A DNA stretch of 58,883 nt, filler included, from Squatina squatina (GCA_031763465.1; 3 parts of 3 records of this genome joined end to end with filler, not necessarily neighbours in it), one strand, 5' to 3'. Counted from the first letter of the whole stretch, positions 25,254 to 39,739 are shown. A program made the numbers and translations. The notes: a model not told the origin generated them from the letters alone.

Positions 25254-25990
25254 GATGTAATTCTATGACACTGGATGAAAAACGAGGGTGGATATTCCAT
25301 TCTCCAGCGATGGCATCCAAAGAGGCAATGTGTTCCTTTGGTGGCCTACTTCTACTCTTGATTTTGTTCTGAAAAAAAAATCTGCATTCATTTTTTCAGA
25401 TTATTTTAGTTAAAAAGATGTTAACAAAGTTTTTTTCAGCAGCTGTTACAGTATTAGGCCATTTTTCTATGACCTTCTTCAGTTTTATTTTAAACCATAC
25501 AAGACCTTTGCGTCTAGCCCTGCAACTGACCTATAATATTCTGATGATCTACCCAAACAATGTAAATTCTGTATTCTAAATGCATTCCAGTGGACAGCCC
25601 GAGTACTTTATTTACTGAACTGAAGGGACAGGATTGCAGCAGTGGCTGGGGAAAATATATAAATATTGATTTCGCAACTTAGAAGATAACAGTAAAAGAC
25701 TGACCCTCCCTCACCCTTTTAGTGAAAATATCGAATTAATGACACCTTATCATGGACAGCCCAACCAGAGGAAATAGCCTTTCTCCATCTGCCCAATGAA
25801 AACCCGGGATAATTTTTGAAAAACTCTATCAAATCTCACTCATAGCATTCTCTGCTCTAACAGAAATAGCCCCAGGGTCCCCAAACTCTCCTCATAACTA
25901 CAGTTTCTCATTCCTGGTATCCCCCTGGTAAATCAATAATGTAGTTTTAAATGTTCATTCTACAATGGGACAACCAAAACTATACACACT

Positions 25991-26809
25991 GGGCGGCCAA
26001 TTCGGGTTTTTAAAGTTTCTCGCGCTAAGTGCTGAATTTAGCGCTGGAAATGGGACTCTGAAAATTTTCAGTGAAGCCCCCAATTAGCTACTTTACAATT
26101 TGAACGTTCAAACATGTGCAAACTTTAGCCTTAAAGGGCCCAAAGTGAGCTGACCTATTCGTGGTGTGGATGAAAATTCCACAGTTTGCTTCCAACCTGA
26201 ATTCTAGAGTTTACTTGCAGCCTGACAGGCCACTTAAGAGGTCATTGACTTAAGCGCTTCTAACTTCTTTATATGCCAGTTCTATAGCTTTCATGCTGTA
26301 TGTCTCTCACATATAGCCTTCAGTCAGTTCACAGCAGAAACATAACAGCACACAGTCTCTGCTCACAGCCCCCTGTTCACTGCTCACAGCCTCTCAGCTC
26401 ACTGCATAAAGTCTCTCAGCCCCTGGTCACTGCCGGGCTTAACTGTTACTGCTGTGATTTGGCTCACCCAACCCAAACCAACCCAACCCACTGGAATGCA
26501 ATTAGACTCTTGTGCCAGATTATATGAGCTGAGGCCCATGTCCCCGCTGAAAAAAGCAGACATTGTCACTGCTCGATTTATTGCACACTGATACTGTGCA
26601 ATTCTGGACAGGCGCCCATTTTGGGTGGCACGAAAAATGATGACATCACAGCGCGCGTTTTGACTAACACCAGCGCTAGAGCATTATGGGCTTTGCGCCC
26701 GGTTTGCGCCGGGACACAAATTTTGCGCCCGCATTTTAGCGCTAAACGTAGCTTAACGCCAGTTTTGCGCCACTTTTGCGCGAGACGTTTTACCACGAAT
26801 TGGCCGCCC
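25991..26809. mobile_element. Non-autonomous DNA transposon with a perfect 14-bp TIR
   Basis: GGGCGGCCAATTCG at 25991-26004 and CGAATTGGCCGCCC at 26796-26809; subterminal similarity; CpG-rich right arm; adjoins a CR1 fragment. Confidence 0.8.
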
Positions 26810-29800
26810 TACAAATTTCTGCAACGCCTCCACAGTGACGCTACCAAATTTCAACCCCTATTTCTTTATGTCTCGCCCTCAGATACTGAAGAGCTTTTTG
26901 ATTAAATTTGGAGTTAGGTTTAATTTTGGCAAAGCCAAATGGAAAAAAATAAATCTGAAACAATTTTAATATGTTGATGTATATTTAGACTCTGCAGTTG
27001 GATATATCCTGTTGTGATTAAAAATATAGCTAATTATATTCAAATATCCTGATTTTAAACAAGCATGTCTGTTAAATAATCCAAAGTAGACAAAAAGATT
27101 GGAATAAATAAAAGCAACCAAAATTACTTGTGAATACATATAAGATTTGCCACGAATATTAATTGGGATCAGAAATTTTGATGTAAGAAGCAGTTTCATC
27201 AGATTGTTGCCAATACATCAATATTTACATTTCAACCAGGTAATTGACAGCTTATAAAAATAGGGAAAAGTAAAAGAGGAACTTGACATGTACTATCATT
27301 GCTTGACTGAGTCTGTATTACAACCTTCATGGATTAAACCCGTAAATTACTCTACTGCCAGTTTCAGTTCTATGATTTACACCAACTTAACAGAATAACT
27401 GTTTATTGGCAAATGGTGGATTCATAAAACTCCAGATGAGTTCTCCAAACTGCTAATTATGCATCACTTAATAGCATTTGAATACTTGTTTTAAACTATT
27501 GTAACCTGCAAATAATGATGGCACATGTGCCAAAAAAGAGCCATAAATGAACGTTAATCTGGAGTTTAGGTTTTATTGTCTCATTCACTGAAACAAGGTC
27601 AGTGAAATGTCGGCGGATGTGATATTTATTTCAACCATGAGAAGTAACAGTTGCTTGAACGAACTACTAATATTGAACTTTAAACAATGATACATACCTG
27701 AATGCTACAAATTGCCTCATAATTTGTTAAGACAGCTGCATCATGGAACTAATCAAGTCTTGGCCTCTTGTCTGATCTGTGCAGTGTAAAAAATTGTAGC
27801 TTTGTGGGGTGATCCCAGGCCTCGGGAAACCCAGCAGCTGAAGGGAGGCGAAGACAGCTTCGGGGAGAAAGTAAGTGCTTCCACCCGGCCCCACAACCTC
27901 CCCACCCCGCCCGCCATCGGAACCCTTTCCCTTTCCCATACACCCTCCTCCCAGGTTGGGGATTGGACCCCACCCCCATACTCCCAAGTGCAGCAGCAGG
28001 CAACTTACTTGCGGCTGTGGCCTCCTCTGGAGTGTTCCCTGCCCGACTGGAAGCCAAGCCTATCAATCAGGCTGACTTTCGGGAGGGGAACTTATCAAAG
28101 GAAATCTACACACGCCGTGGAGTCAGAAATTCACAGCATGCGGGGAAATCCGAACTTCCAGGATTCCCGACAGAAACTCCTCCCCCCGCCCCTGTCAAGA
28201 TTCAGCCCTGTGTGCCTGTGCTTACAATAGATGCAGAATAAGTGGTGAGATGCTAATAAGGTAGAAGGTGGCATTCCTGGTGTTCCCACATCATTTTCCT
28301 TCCATATTATCAGAAGGGTGTCCATTTCAAGGGTCATCCTGAAGAAGTGAGCTGCNNNNNNNNNNNNNNNNNNNNNNNNNNNNNNNNNNNNNNNNNNNNN
28401 NNNNNNNNNNNNNNNNNNNNNNNNNNNNNNNNNNNNNNNNNNNNNNNNNNNNNNNGCGGAAACCCGAGCATCCCACCCACTCGCCCCATCAAACACCACT
28501 TGCCCCACCTATAGTCAAGTTTGCGGATCCAGTATAGGACTATTTAGACACCTCAGAACCCTCAACTCTGGAGTGGAAGCAAGTCATCCTCGACCCCGAA
28601 GGACTGCCTAAGAAGAGACTCAATGCCCAGGCAGCCTAGACTCAAACTTGCTTACTGGGCCAACCTTCAGTTCTGAACAGGTCATCTTGTTCCTCAAGCA
28701 TACCATCAAGAAGAATGCCGAGATTTCAAACACAAAACCAGGGTTTTCAAATGTTGTGAGGAGCCATTGTCTGTGCATTCTGATTTCCTCTCTGCAGTTA
28801 TCCATTATGGCCTTGTCAGAAGTACTGCCAATTAAGCAGCTTTTTAACTGTTTGAGAAGTGTGAAATGATCCATTAAAGTGACGTGCAACTGCTCGGTAA
28901 GATTATTAGCTTCCTAAGGCACAACTCCAACTGACAAACATGCCTCAGGACCTTAGATCTTGATTTTCTATTTGGGAGCTAAAGACATAACTTTTCATTT
29001 TTGTGCATCCAGTGCATGCCAGGATTTTATATCAGAACACCAGGTGCTAAAGTTAGAGCGCCATTAGGCAGCCAGCCTCATTTTACACCCACAAAAGTAG
29101 AAAATTATCCTTTAAATGTTCACCCACTCAGGCTACCAACAAGCACAGTCAAATGTTTCCAAGAATCTGTTCCCTTTTCAGATGCTGACGGACCTGCTAC
29201 ATTTTCTGCATTGATTTTATAGTCAAACTTGACAGGCCCTAAAAACAGTAAACAAGTGTTTGGGACAAAGATACTTTATATAAAATTACTATAATCTGTA
29301 ATGTTATACAAAAAAGTTAAAAATTGTAAGCAGTAAGATAATTTATGATTCTTCAGGACTGAAAACCGTTTTGAAAATCCAGATATTTTGAGAGCAAAGA
29401 TGCTTTCTTCAGCTTGCCTCTTAAAAATAGCCAGCGTTCTGTTCTGGTGCAAGCTAGCAAACAATTTGCTTGCCAAGTCATTCATTATGTAATCTCCTTC
29501 CATTATGAATGTTGATATAAAAGCAAGCTGGTAAAGTGCAGGGCTGAAACCTTTGAAGTATTCTGTTAATTTGATTAATATGCAGTCACATCCTGCTACA
29601 ATGCACTTTGCCTTTTGCATTTTAAATAGCAATTTGCAGAGTAGCTCGCCGCTTGTGATCTGTGAAATTTAAACCCTGCATCCAAAAAACAATGAAAGAA
29701 ATTATATAGAGCATAGTAACAAAGAGACTAATTAATTGTTTTTAACCATTGTTTTGTCTTCAATGATATTTCATTGCAAAGTTAAGTGGCAAAGTGTGAG

Positions 29801-30139
29801 ACAAATGTTAAGATGAAGGTAACGCTGTGGCTAAGTACGAACATTTGCCCATATACTCGACACATTTATCTATTTACATACTTTTTTACAGTTCGGGTGA
29901 ATGTTTCTCAATGTGAAGAACTTTAGGGAGCCCAATTGGCCCTTTAGCACAGGCACAGATTGAGCGCTAAACGGGCACTAGGGGTGTAACGCCCGTTCCG
30001 GTGCTAAGGGGTTCCGATGCTGAATTCGCATCGGAACAGNNNNNNNNNNNNNNNNNNNNNNNNNNNNNNNNNNNNNNNNNNNNNNNNNNNNNNNNNNNNN
30101 NNNNNNNNNNNNNNNNNNNNNNNNNNNNNNNNNNNNNNN

Positions 30140-30511
30140 CTGTTGTAATATAGGAAAAGTGGCAGTCAATTTGCACACAGCAAGCTCCCACAAACAGCAA
30201 TGTGATAATGACCAGATAATCTGTTTTTAACATTGATTGAGGGATAAGTATCGGCCAGGACACTGGGAATAACTCCCCTGCTCTTCATCAAAATAGCTCC
30301 ATGGGATCTTATACGTCCACTTCAGAAAGCAGACGGGGTCTCGGTTCAGTGTCTCATCTGAAAGGCGGCACCTCTGACAGTGCAGCACTCCCTCAGTACT
30401 GCACTGGGAGTGTCAACCCAGATTTTGTGCTCAAGTCACTGGAGTGGGGCTTGAACCCACAATCTTCTGAGTCAAGAGTTGGGGGTGCTACCCACTGAGC
30501 CATGGCTGGCA
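30140..30511 (-). mobile_element. Deu-domain tRNA-SINE (SacSINE1/DeuSINE-like)
   Basis: Minus-strand head with A box TGGCTCAGTGG and B box GGTTCAAGCCC, then a body shared with 14670-14821, 17130-17385 and 39740-39972. Confidence 0.75.
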
Positions 30512-32171
30512 CTAAGGTGTGTAAAAAATGTAAGTCTTTCACCAACAGTGAAGTCAGCAGCAAATTTGTACCATAAATGGACTATTACAAGGGTATTGAG
30601 CATATATGCTTTATTTTATATAACCAGCAGGGATTGCACAGGGACACTAGTGGAAGCTGAGTTATGGGCGTGTATTTCCAGGGAATATCGATCAGGTCAC
30701 CTTTGTTAAGACTTTTGAAGCCAGAGCTATGGGCTTTCAATTGTCCATAATACAGGCTTGTAGATTTGCAATATGTTTAATGCATTGTTTGAGTGACTTT
30801 TTTCTCACTATTGCATCTGAGAATTATGTGATGAAGTACTTTGGATATGACAGTATCAATTGTTTAAAAATAGTTCTGACTTACAGATAAACCACTGAAA
30901 ATAAACTGCCGCTGCTCTATACAACACATGTGTGGTATAAACACAGCTGGTTCTTGTTCAACGCACGTGTGCACAGTCTGATAATTGCTGTAATTCCCCT
31001 CTCTGAAGGTTTTACAATTGTCACCAGGGTTTAAATATCTGAGTGAGAGGTGTTAACTGANNNNNNNNNNNNNNNNNNNNNNNNNNNNNNNNNNNNNNNN
31101 NNNNNNNNNNNNNNNNNNNNNNNNNNNNNNNNNNNNNNNNNNNNNNNNNNNNNNNNNNNNCCACGTATTGATAGCTAGTTCACGAGCAGCATAAGCTGAG
31201 GTCTGAGAGAAGCTTTTCTTCACACCCTTTAGGCCAGAATGACAGGATATGGTGCTAGGAACCTGAAAAAGATGACAGTAGAGTAAAAGAGTAATAAAGT
31301 GCATGCTTGGGCATCACAAAAAGGCAACAATATAAAATAAGCTCATACATATTTCATAATAGTTTAAATTAATCTTAAGTAACAATGATGATTTATTTCA
31401 GACTAAAATGTTGAGAGAATCCTGGCACTCTATTTTTAATTCCTTGATGACTCCTATAGGTAAAATTTCCAATGTTATATTATTACACATGACACTTTAT
31501 GAAGCTAATATCAGAAGCAGTTTTAGTGATTGATTTTCTTGTGTTTTCCAATACAATAAGGAAAAACAGATCATGTTGCTTAAATTACCTACATGGAGTA
31601 GTGGATAGGATCTGTTTGCAATGATTGTGTTTTCAAGTCTGTCTATTTCTGAATATTTCTAGGCAGTCATACAGGAATAGATGTGCACTGTTGTACAAGA
31701 CCTAGAAAAGATTGAATAATCTATTTACATACTTAAAGTATGATTTATCAAACTGTGGAAAAAATTCTGCAATTAAATTTACAAACTTAATTAAATTTCT
31801 AAGAACGTTTTTGAATGGAGCCAAACATCTGTCACAATCAAACACAAAGTCAGCAATTGTTGCATTCCTACACTGCATTATAAATATTAGATGTATTTAT
31901 TTTAAATGGATACAGAGGCAGGGTCGGGGTGGTATCACTGGTGTGCTCTTATGCACAGACAGTGGAAAGGCGTCAGAAAGCAAGTCTGGGAATCAAATAA
32001 CCTTCAGTGCTTAGGATGTCATGTAGTATTTATCTAAACTCCTGGCCCACAGCTGTTGTGCCTGAGCCANNNNNNNNNNNNNNNNNNNNNNNNNNNNNNN
32101 NNNNNNNNNNNNNNNNNNNNNNNNNNNNNNNNNNNNNNNNNNNNNNNNNNNNNNNNNNNNNNNNNNNNNAC

Positions 32172-32715
32172 CTGATTGTATGGACAGGAATTCCACGCCC
32201 TTCCTGGCTGACGGCACACCGAGTGAAACTGAATCAATTTGTCTGCAACATTTAATCCAGTTGTATGCAGTCTGGAATCAACGTGTTCCGCACGGTTCCA
32301 GATTTTCCTGAACCCGAAGTGAAACTGAAGCAATTTACCCGACGGAACAACGACCAAAGCAATGCACCTGACACTGTTATTGGAGTGATAGGAATGTAGG
32401 CAGGAGCGATCTGAAGCAGTCGACCTGCTTGAATACTGACATGATTATACAGGTGGTCTGACTGCAACAGTTTACCTGAATGCATCGATCTGCTTGTACA
32501 CGGACTGGAACCAGAGTAGCTTGCCCGGTTTTACTTTAATCGGATTACATTGGGAGCGGAGCTGGAGCAGTCTGCCTGACGTTCTGCCGCCCCGAATGCA
32601 TGAGTTTGAGCTGCTAACCCCTGATCCGATTGTGAATTCTTTAATCTCATCGCGATCTGCTCTCCCCGCTTCTCAGCTCCAATAACACTAATGCATAGCT
32701 CTTATTGGCTGCATT
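32172..32715 (-). promoter_or_regulatory. Candidate promoter and non-coding first exon
   Basis: CpG-rich unique sequence; two CCAAT boxes (about 32679-32683 on +, about 32704-32708 on -); GC-box-like ggggcgg; no long ORF; ends CAG|GT at the gap edge (32172/32171). Confidence 0.35.
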
Positions 32716-35700
32716 AGCCAGATGTCTCCTCTTAAATCGGATTGCAAGTAATACTTTCACTGGTATTAAATGCAAACACCTCATTTTGTTCCCCCACCCA
32801 CACAGTGGCACAGCCGGTTGGATGGTCGTTTATTAAAGTATGGAGAGCATTTCCACACAGCTTACTCCATCGGTCCAATTCACAGTACAGCACTTACCCC
32901 AACTGCAAAACCTCCAAACGCTGCGATTAGTTTTTTTAAATCACTGTGGATTATTGGTCGGATAATCGTTCAACGTTTCAAATCCAAACTCTTTCCTGAT
33001 TGGGTTCCATGGCATATCCCATGAATTATTCTGCTGGGCCCTCAATATTCATGCATGAAGTGCTTTATATGAAGNNNNNNNNNNNNNNNNNNNNNNNNNN
33101 NNNNNNNNNNNNNNNNNNNNNNNNNNNNNNNNNNNNNNNNNNNNNNNNNNNNNNNNNNNNNNNNNNNNNNNNNNNNNNNNNNNNNNNNNNNNNNNNNNNN
33201 NNNNNNNNNNNNNNNNNNNNNNNNNNNNNNNNNNNNNNNNNNNNNNNNNNNNNNNNNNNNNNNNNNNNNNNNNNNNNNNNNNNNNNNNNNNNNNNNNNNN
33301 NNNNNNNNNNNNNNNNNNNNNNNNNNNNNNNNNNNNNNNNNNNNNNNNNNNNNNNNNNNNNNNNNNNNNNNNNGATGATAATGATGAACTGCCCTCAGTC
33401 CCCATTGAACTGTCTCCATTCCCAAAGTACACGGTGGCTCTTTGTGTTCCGCTCCCTTCTCAAACCGCGCGCGGTAATTGTCGACCTGAACGCCCCAATT
33501 TCATCATCGCCTTCCGAGTGTCTTTCGTTCTTTTAAAGTCTACCACACAATACACATACATTCGAGCAAATCCCCCTTTTCACCTGTGCTGCAAAGATGC
33601 CCCGATTAAAATGAGAAGACAATAAACTCAAAGCGTGAGATTTCATTTTTTTTCTTCCTTTTTTTTGAATTTCAATTGACTAACCTTCACAAGCAATGAG
33701 CTATTTAACACGCGCTGTATTAAGACTTCGGACAAATAGACCGTAGACCTGTGTACGCCAGCGGGGATTGTGTTTCTTTACATCTTTTTTCTAACTAGAA
33801 GTTAGTAAGGTTTCATCTGTCATTTCCATGTGAATAGTTAACACGGCGAAATCAATATCAAACGAATCCATAAATCACCCATTATGTCAGCACAGATCAA
33901 AATATCGCGTCTGTTATTACAATCAATAAACTATTTTCAAACAACAGAAAATATGACAAACAATTTGTAGCCGATTGGGATTTTTACAGGTTCATTCCCT
34001 TCCGCTAATTACAAATAAATCTAAAGTCCGTACAATGACCTGTTAGAATTATAAATAACACCAACACTAGCTCAGGCAAAATAACAGTCTACACAACAAA
34101 TGTCAATCATTTGTATTATTAATATTGCAGTGTTTTCTTCCTGTTCGGATTTGCACATAAAATATATCTAACAGTAATAATTGTAATTATTATTTCCAAA
34201 TGGATTTGTTAAATATAATTTCCTCTTGTTTGTTTCTGGTTGTACTGTAGAGTAAGAAAGCTATCCNNNNNNNNNNNNNNNNNNNNNNNNNNNNNNNNNN
34301 NNNNNNNNNNNNNNNNNNNNNNNNNNNNNNNNNNNNNNNNNNNNNNNNNNNNNNNNNNNNNNNNNNNNNNNNNNNNNNNNNNNNNNNNNNNNNNNNNNNN
34401 NNNNNNNNNNNNNNNNNNNNNNNNNNNNNNNNNNNNNNNNNNNNNNNNNNNNNNNNNNNNNNNNNNNNNNNNNNNNNNNNNNNNNNNNNNNNNNNNNNNN
34501 NNNNNNNNNNNNNNNNNNNNNNNNNNNNNNNNNNNNNNNNNNNNNNNNNNNNNNNNNNNNNNNNNNNNNNNNNNNNNNNNNNNNNNNNNNNNNNNNNNNN
34601 NNNNNNNNNNNNNNNNNNNNNNNNNNNNNNNNNNNNNNNNNNNNNNNNNNNNNNNNNNNNNNNNNNNNNNNNNNNNNNNNNNNNNNNNNNNNNNNNNNNN
34701 NNNNNNNNNNNNNNNNNNNNNNNNNNNNNNNNNNNNNNNNNNNNNNNNNNNNNNNNNNNNNNNNNNNNNNNNNNNNNNNNNNNGGAATATTTGGTATTTG
34801 ATATCATGGTGCCTGTGTTTTTAAACTGTTCCACACAATGCTCTGTTCACTTTCGTTATTCTCAGTCTTTCTTAGCGCATAAATAAATTGTATATATTTG
34901 TGTTTCTTTTCACTTGAAATCAAACAGACTCTCAACATATCTGCAGTGCTGTACCCCTTCGCGTTTTTGTCGTGAATATATATAACTGGCCATCTCATAT
35001 ATACCATGCTATGTTTAAAATATGATATATTGCTGGAATTGTCAGAAAACGGAAGGGGCTCTAGATTTTTGTCCTAGTTTATGGGAGGGAGGGAGGGAGG
35101 GCAGCTGTAAACAGCACCCGAAGCCCGCCTGCCATAAGGAGATCTTATAAACACTCCGTTACTTAAATTCAAGTGTTATGATAAATCTAATCCCTACCTT
35201 TTATTATTAGCTAATCAAAAATCCACTGGCCATCAATAATGGACAAGGAACTGAAAATAACAGGACTGAAGGTTACCGAGCAATAACTTCGCTCACAGGG
35301 TGACTTCCTACCCACACACACAAAATGAAATGCTGATGCAAGCTCGCTCCGGCTAATATTAGAGCGGAATTAGTTTACCTTGTAATTTTTGTGGCAGTAC
35401 GCAATATAAAATTAATTCTAATATACAAAAATAACACGACGGTTCCGATTGTGGCTGTGCTTTCCTGGTTTTTTTTTATTAGAGAACACATGTTATCAGC
35501 GACGAGGTATGCTGCTTCACAAACAGCACGGGTGTGTGGGCTTATTTCAAGAATAACGTTAAATTAAATATCTGTTTTTAGTCACTTTTTTTTTGCACTT
35601 TCCCCTTGGTATGTGTAGGCAAGAAGTAACAGGGGGATATCAAAAACACATGAGCTCCCGGAGTTTGTGTTTTACTTTAATCTATCCATACTATATTTTT

Positions 35701-38363
35701 AAAAAGAAACAGCATTATATTGGGAGCTTACAATAAAGAAACTGTTTCACGACAAAAACGCGAAGGAGTGCAGCACCGCAGATAGGTTTACATTCGGTTT
35801 GATTTAAAGTGAAAAGAAACAGAAAAAACACAAACGAATTCTCAACTGCATCAAATCAATTTACTACAGAGCGAAGCCCTCAATTTTTTTTCGCAGCCCA
35901 TGTTGCTATAAAGGAAGAATTTGCGTGACCCTAAATATTAATACTTTAAACGCAGTAAGTAAATCAGTGTTTTAAAAATCCGCCCAGTGCAGTCTATCGT
36001 GTGCATTAGTTGTACCGCTGTTTCCATTTACGCGAACAGGAAAGTAAAATAGCGGTTAAACGAGATCATTTCCCCCTTACTATTAACATAGTAATAAAAG
36101 CACCCCCACCCAGCCTCCCCTCCATAGTTAAAGCTAACACTCTCTTCCCCTAAGAGTTCCTTTGCAACCCCTTAGCTGCAGGTTTGAAAAATTGCTTTGA
36201 GATTAGCTAATTATGGCTCATTAATCACTGATATATCCAGGTATAAATCACACAAAATGCTGTAACTCGTATATCCTCCCACACCGTTCTACATCACATC
36301 TAAAACAGCGGCTGTTAATGCTATCATGTAGCGAATCATCAAATCNNNNNNNNNNNNNNNNNNNNNNNNNNNNNNNNNNNNNNNNNNNNNNNNNNNNNNN
36401 NNNNNNNNNNNNNNNNNNNNNNNNNNNNNNNNNNNNNNNNNNNNNCCATGATCTCATTGAATGGCGGAGCAGGCTCGAAGGGCTGAATGGCCTACTCCTG
36501 CTCCTATCTTCTATGTTTCTAAAGATAGAATGCTGCTCAAGGAGAATGAAGTTAACAGTACTTATCTCTCCTTCAGAGGCTGCAAGATGGCTGGGATAGT
36601 GGCTAGAGTCCTTAGCCCTGTTGAGTACAAACATGTGAGTGGCTTTCAATTCATTGCATAGCAGCCTGGAGAAAGTGGCAGCAGCAGGATCATCTGCAAA
36701 CATTTTCCTGCTTCATGACAAGCCGAGGCAAGTCAGTCAACTCAATGTGGAGGCACTAAATGAAGGTCTGGGGAACCGTATGGAGAGGGCAATGTCAACC
36801 GGTTGCAAAGTGTACTGGACAGCATCTGAGAGTGACTAGAAGATATTTAGTTGCTTCTCTCTCAGGGATTTAGGAATCTTTATGATTCGTGGTAAACCGG
36901 ATCTTATTCCCAGTATCAGTGGAGTAGCTAGTGTATATAAGATGTTGTTTTCCCTCAAGGCAGCAGACAGAGGAGCACTCCATTAGCTCCTTGAAGAAGC
37001 CTTCATCTTTTCAAGACCAGCTTGCCAAAGAGTACATGACAAAGAGTCAACCTATCCCATGTTAATCCTAGGACTTAGAGCCCCTGACAAAAGGGCCTTC
37101 TCCATTCCAACAAGCTCATAATATTATTCGGCAGCCGCCTACACCCCTGACTACAAATCATCAGGTGGCATGTGCAAGTGTTTAAATAGGTTGGATAAGA
37201 GCTCATCGGTTACAAGGAATGTACACTGCAACAAAACCAAGTAATGTTTTTGTAAGTCGTTGTGACAGATAACTGGACTGTTTGATGCAAGGACTACTTG
37301 GAGTTTGGTTCTCTTGTATGAAATTGCGGAACAGTTAATGTGCTGATGTTAAGGTTCAGGATTATGATGTGCTGTCTAGCTTTAAGGAGCAAGGATTTTA
37401 CTGAGACTGAAGAGAGGTTAGTGAGATGCTCGATGGATTGAAACTTTCAAATAATATTTACATTCTATTTAAAGCAGAAGGTTTATTTACATTATTTCCT
37501 TGTCCGACTGTTCGTTGCGTTACAGGAATGTAGAAGGCTCATTGAAAAAGACAATTTGTATTAAAGCTATCGGTCACTAATTCAGATACACAGCATACCT
37601 TCTCTGCAAAAAAAAAGCATTCCCTTCATAGTTCCAGCCCGTTCCTCCGGCCCAGATATTTCCCAGCATTTTGGGAGATGGGGGAAAAGCTCGACCTTCC
37701 CCTGATTGAGAAACCTTCGGCAATTTATTCTGTTCTTTTCTGTCTCTAATGCAGCCCAGCGCAGGTGGCCGGCTCCGCCAACACTGAGTCTTTTCAATAG
37801 CACGGCCTCCATCCTAGTCAAGTACCATATAATTAATTTTAAGTTACTCTACGCACCATATCATTAAGATCAAAATCAAAAAGCAATGTCAAAAAGTGAT
37901 TTGCATACAGTCTTTCCGTCTTTTGTTGACGCAGAGTTGCCAAGGGTAATAGCGTTCATTGCAAAATATAAATATTCAGGTTAATGTGCAGACGCGACTA
38001 AGACTATATTTAACACTTCAAAAAAATGTGCCTAAAAAAATCTGCAAGAAATATCCGCCAAGGCCGCATCTAAAATGAAAGTAATCGCGTTCTTCCCTAG
38101 CAAAATCTCGTTTAATGAAAACACAGACGACTCTTCGGGTGATAGCAACATTCGCTCGTCTTGAGAGCGACACCATTTCAGTTTGCTTACAAAACCTTAT
38201 TCCACAGTCTGAATATTAAAACACACTATGCTGTGCTTGTCTTTCCGTTCAGCCAGAGGGCGAGAGTTAGAATAGACAATTCGTCACAAAACATTGCTGC
38301 ATTTCAACTTTGCCTTGCCAGCCTATGAACACATTCGGAAAGAGTATCACCCCCGGAGCAAAC

Positions 38364-38377
38364 CCGCCATCTAGTGG
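38364..38377 (-). promoter_or_regulatory. CTCF-binding motif
   Basis: Minus strand CCACTAGATGGCGG matches the CTCF core CCACYAGRKGGC, in CpG-rich unique DNA. Confidence 0.5.
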
Positions 38378-39739
38378 ATCGGACCGCACATGCACAATTG
38401 TCTTCCGACAAAAGAGAAATTCTGCGGTCCAATGTTGCCCCCTAACGATGCTGTGTTAGAAATAAGAAAAACAGCCGCCTGCATTTTCCCCCGACACGAG
38501 CACTCCGAAAATACTGGCGACCCCGGATCATTCTGTGCTCTATATTGTGAATCCCTAACAAAAATAATCCTTTAGGGTAGTTTGCAATTTGCTAAAATCC
38601 AGAAGATTTATTATAGACCTCGAAAATTATTTAAATATTTTAAATCAGATTTGACTACACTTCTTTTAACGAACATTCTTCTTCGTCCTCAATTTCTAAA
38701 TGTTTTCCTATTACCACTATCATTTTTTGAAGTTACTTTGAATAATTTATAAAATGAGCTTCATTTACAGTTTAACTTGACTCATCGGCTCCTTCTACTG
38801 GACAGCCACGGTATTGTAGCTCTGTAAAAGGAGGCATTTTCACACCCCATAAAATTATAGCCTGTGGAAAAGCAGCTAACAGTAGAAAATCGGGCGGAAC
38901 TGCTAAAGGTTCCAAGAGCATTTTCGTCGCAGAAGCTAAATATTTACTATTATTAAATTAGAATGTTTGAATTTTATGAGGGCTTGGACTACTTCCTTAG
39001 CATTAATAGACNNNNNNNNNNNNNNNNNNNNNNNNNNNNNNNNNNNNNNNNNNNNNNNNNNNNNNNNNNNNNNNNNNNNNNNNNNNNNNNNNNNNNNNNN
39101 NNNNNNNNNNNTGCCTTTACGCCAGTTTCGTGCTGGAAGTTTTACCTCAAATTGGGCGCCCCAGGAGCAGAAGAAACCCAGCGGGACAGGTGCAGCACAC
39201 CTGACCAGAATTTTAGGTGGCTCGGTTCTGGCCCAGTCTGACATTGCGCCCTTTCTGTTGGGACTCATCTTTCTCCTGTCCAGCACGCATTCCAGAGCGA
39301 TGTGACAGCGATGTTTGACGTGGTGAAAGATGGATTAGGTTAGATAGAAGCAGAGTGTTTCCAGTGGCTGAGGGGTCAAGCCCAGGAGCTGTTGATACAA
39401 GATTAAGAGATTGAGATCAGGGAGCAGGAGAAACCACTTTACACATAGAGTTGAGAGGCCGTGGAAGGAATGATAGCAGTAAGTAATATCTAAATGCAAG
39501 TAAATACCGATATCGTTCACCTTTATCTGTTCTTATTTCCAATAACTTTTTGCTGAATGTGGCACATGCCAAGTGCCAGGCTGTTGGATCAGAACCAGCA
39601 TGTAAAATGAGTCTGACACTCCTGCACTACCTGGTTTTCAAATCTGCAGGTCTTCTCTGTTAATCAAACATATTAACCACTGTCTTTCCTTACTCAATGG
39701 AGCATCCGACTGCACTGTGCTGTAAAACAAACTACACTA

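Noticed and set aside
30440-30511. tRNA gene
   Set aside because: The A/B boxes belong to a SINE head that continues into a repeat body; no clear cloverleaf.
33374-33625. CpG-rich stretch as a coding exon
   Set aside because: All minus frames after the putative acceptor hit stops, and the plus-frame peptide is unrecognisable.
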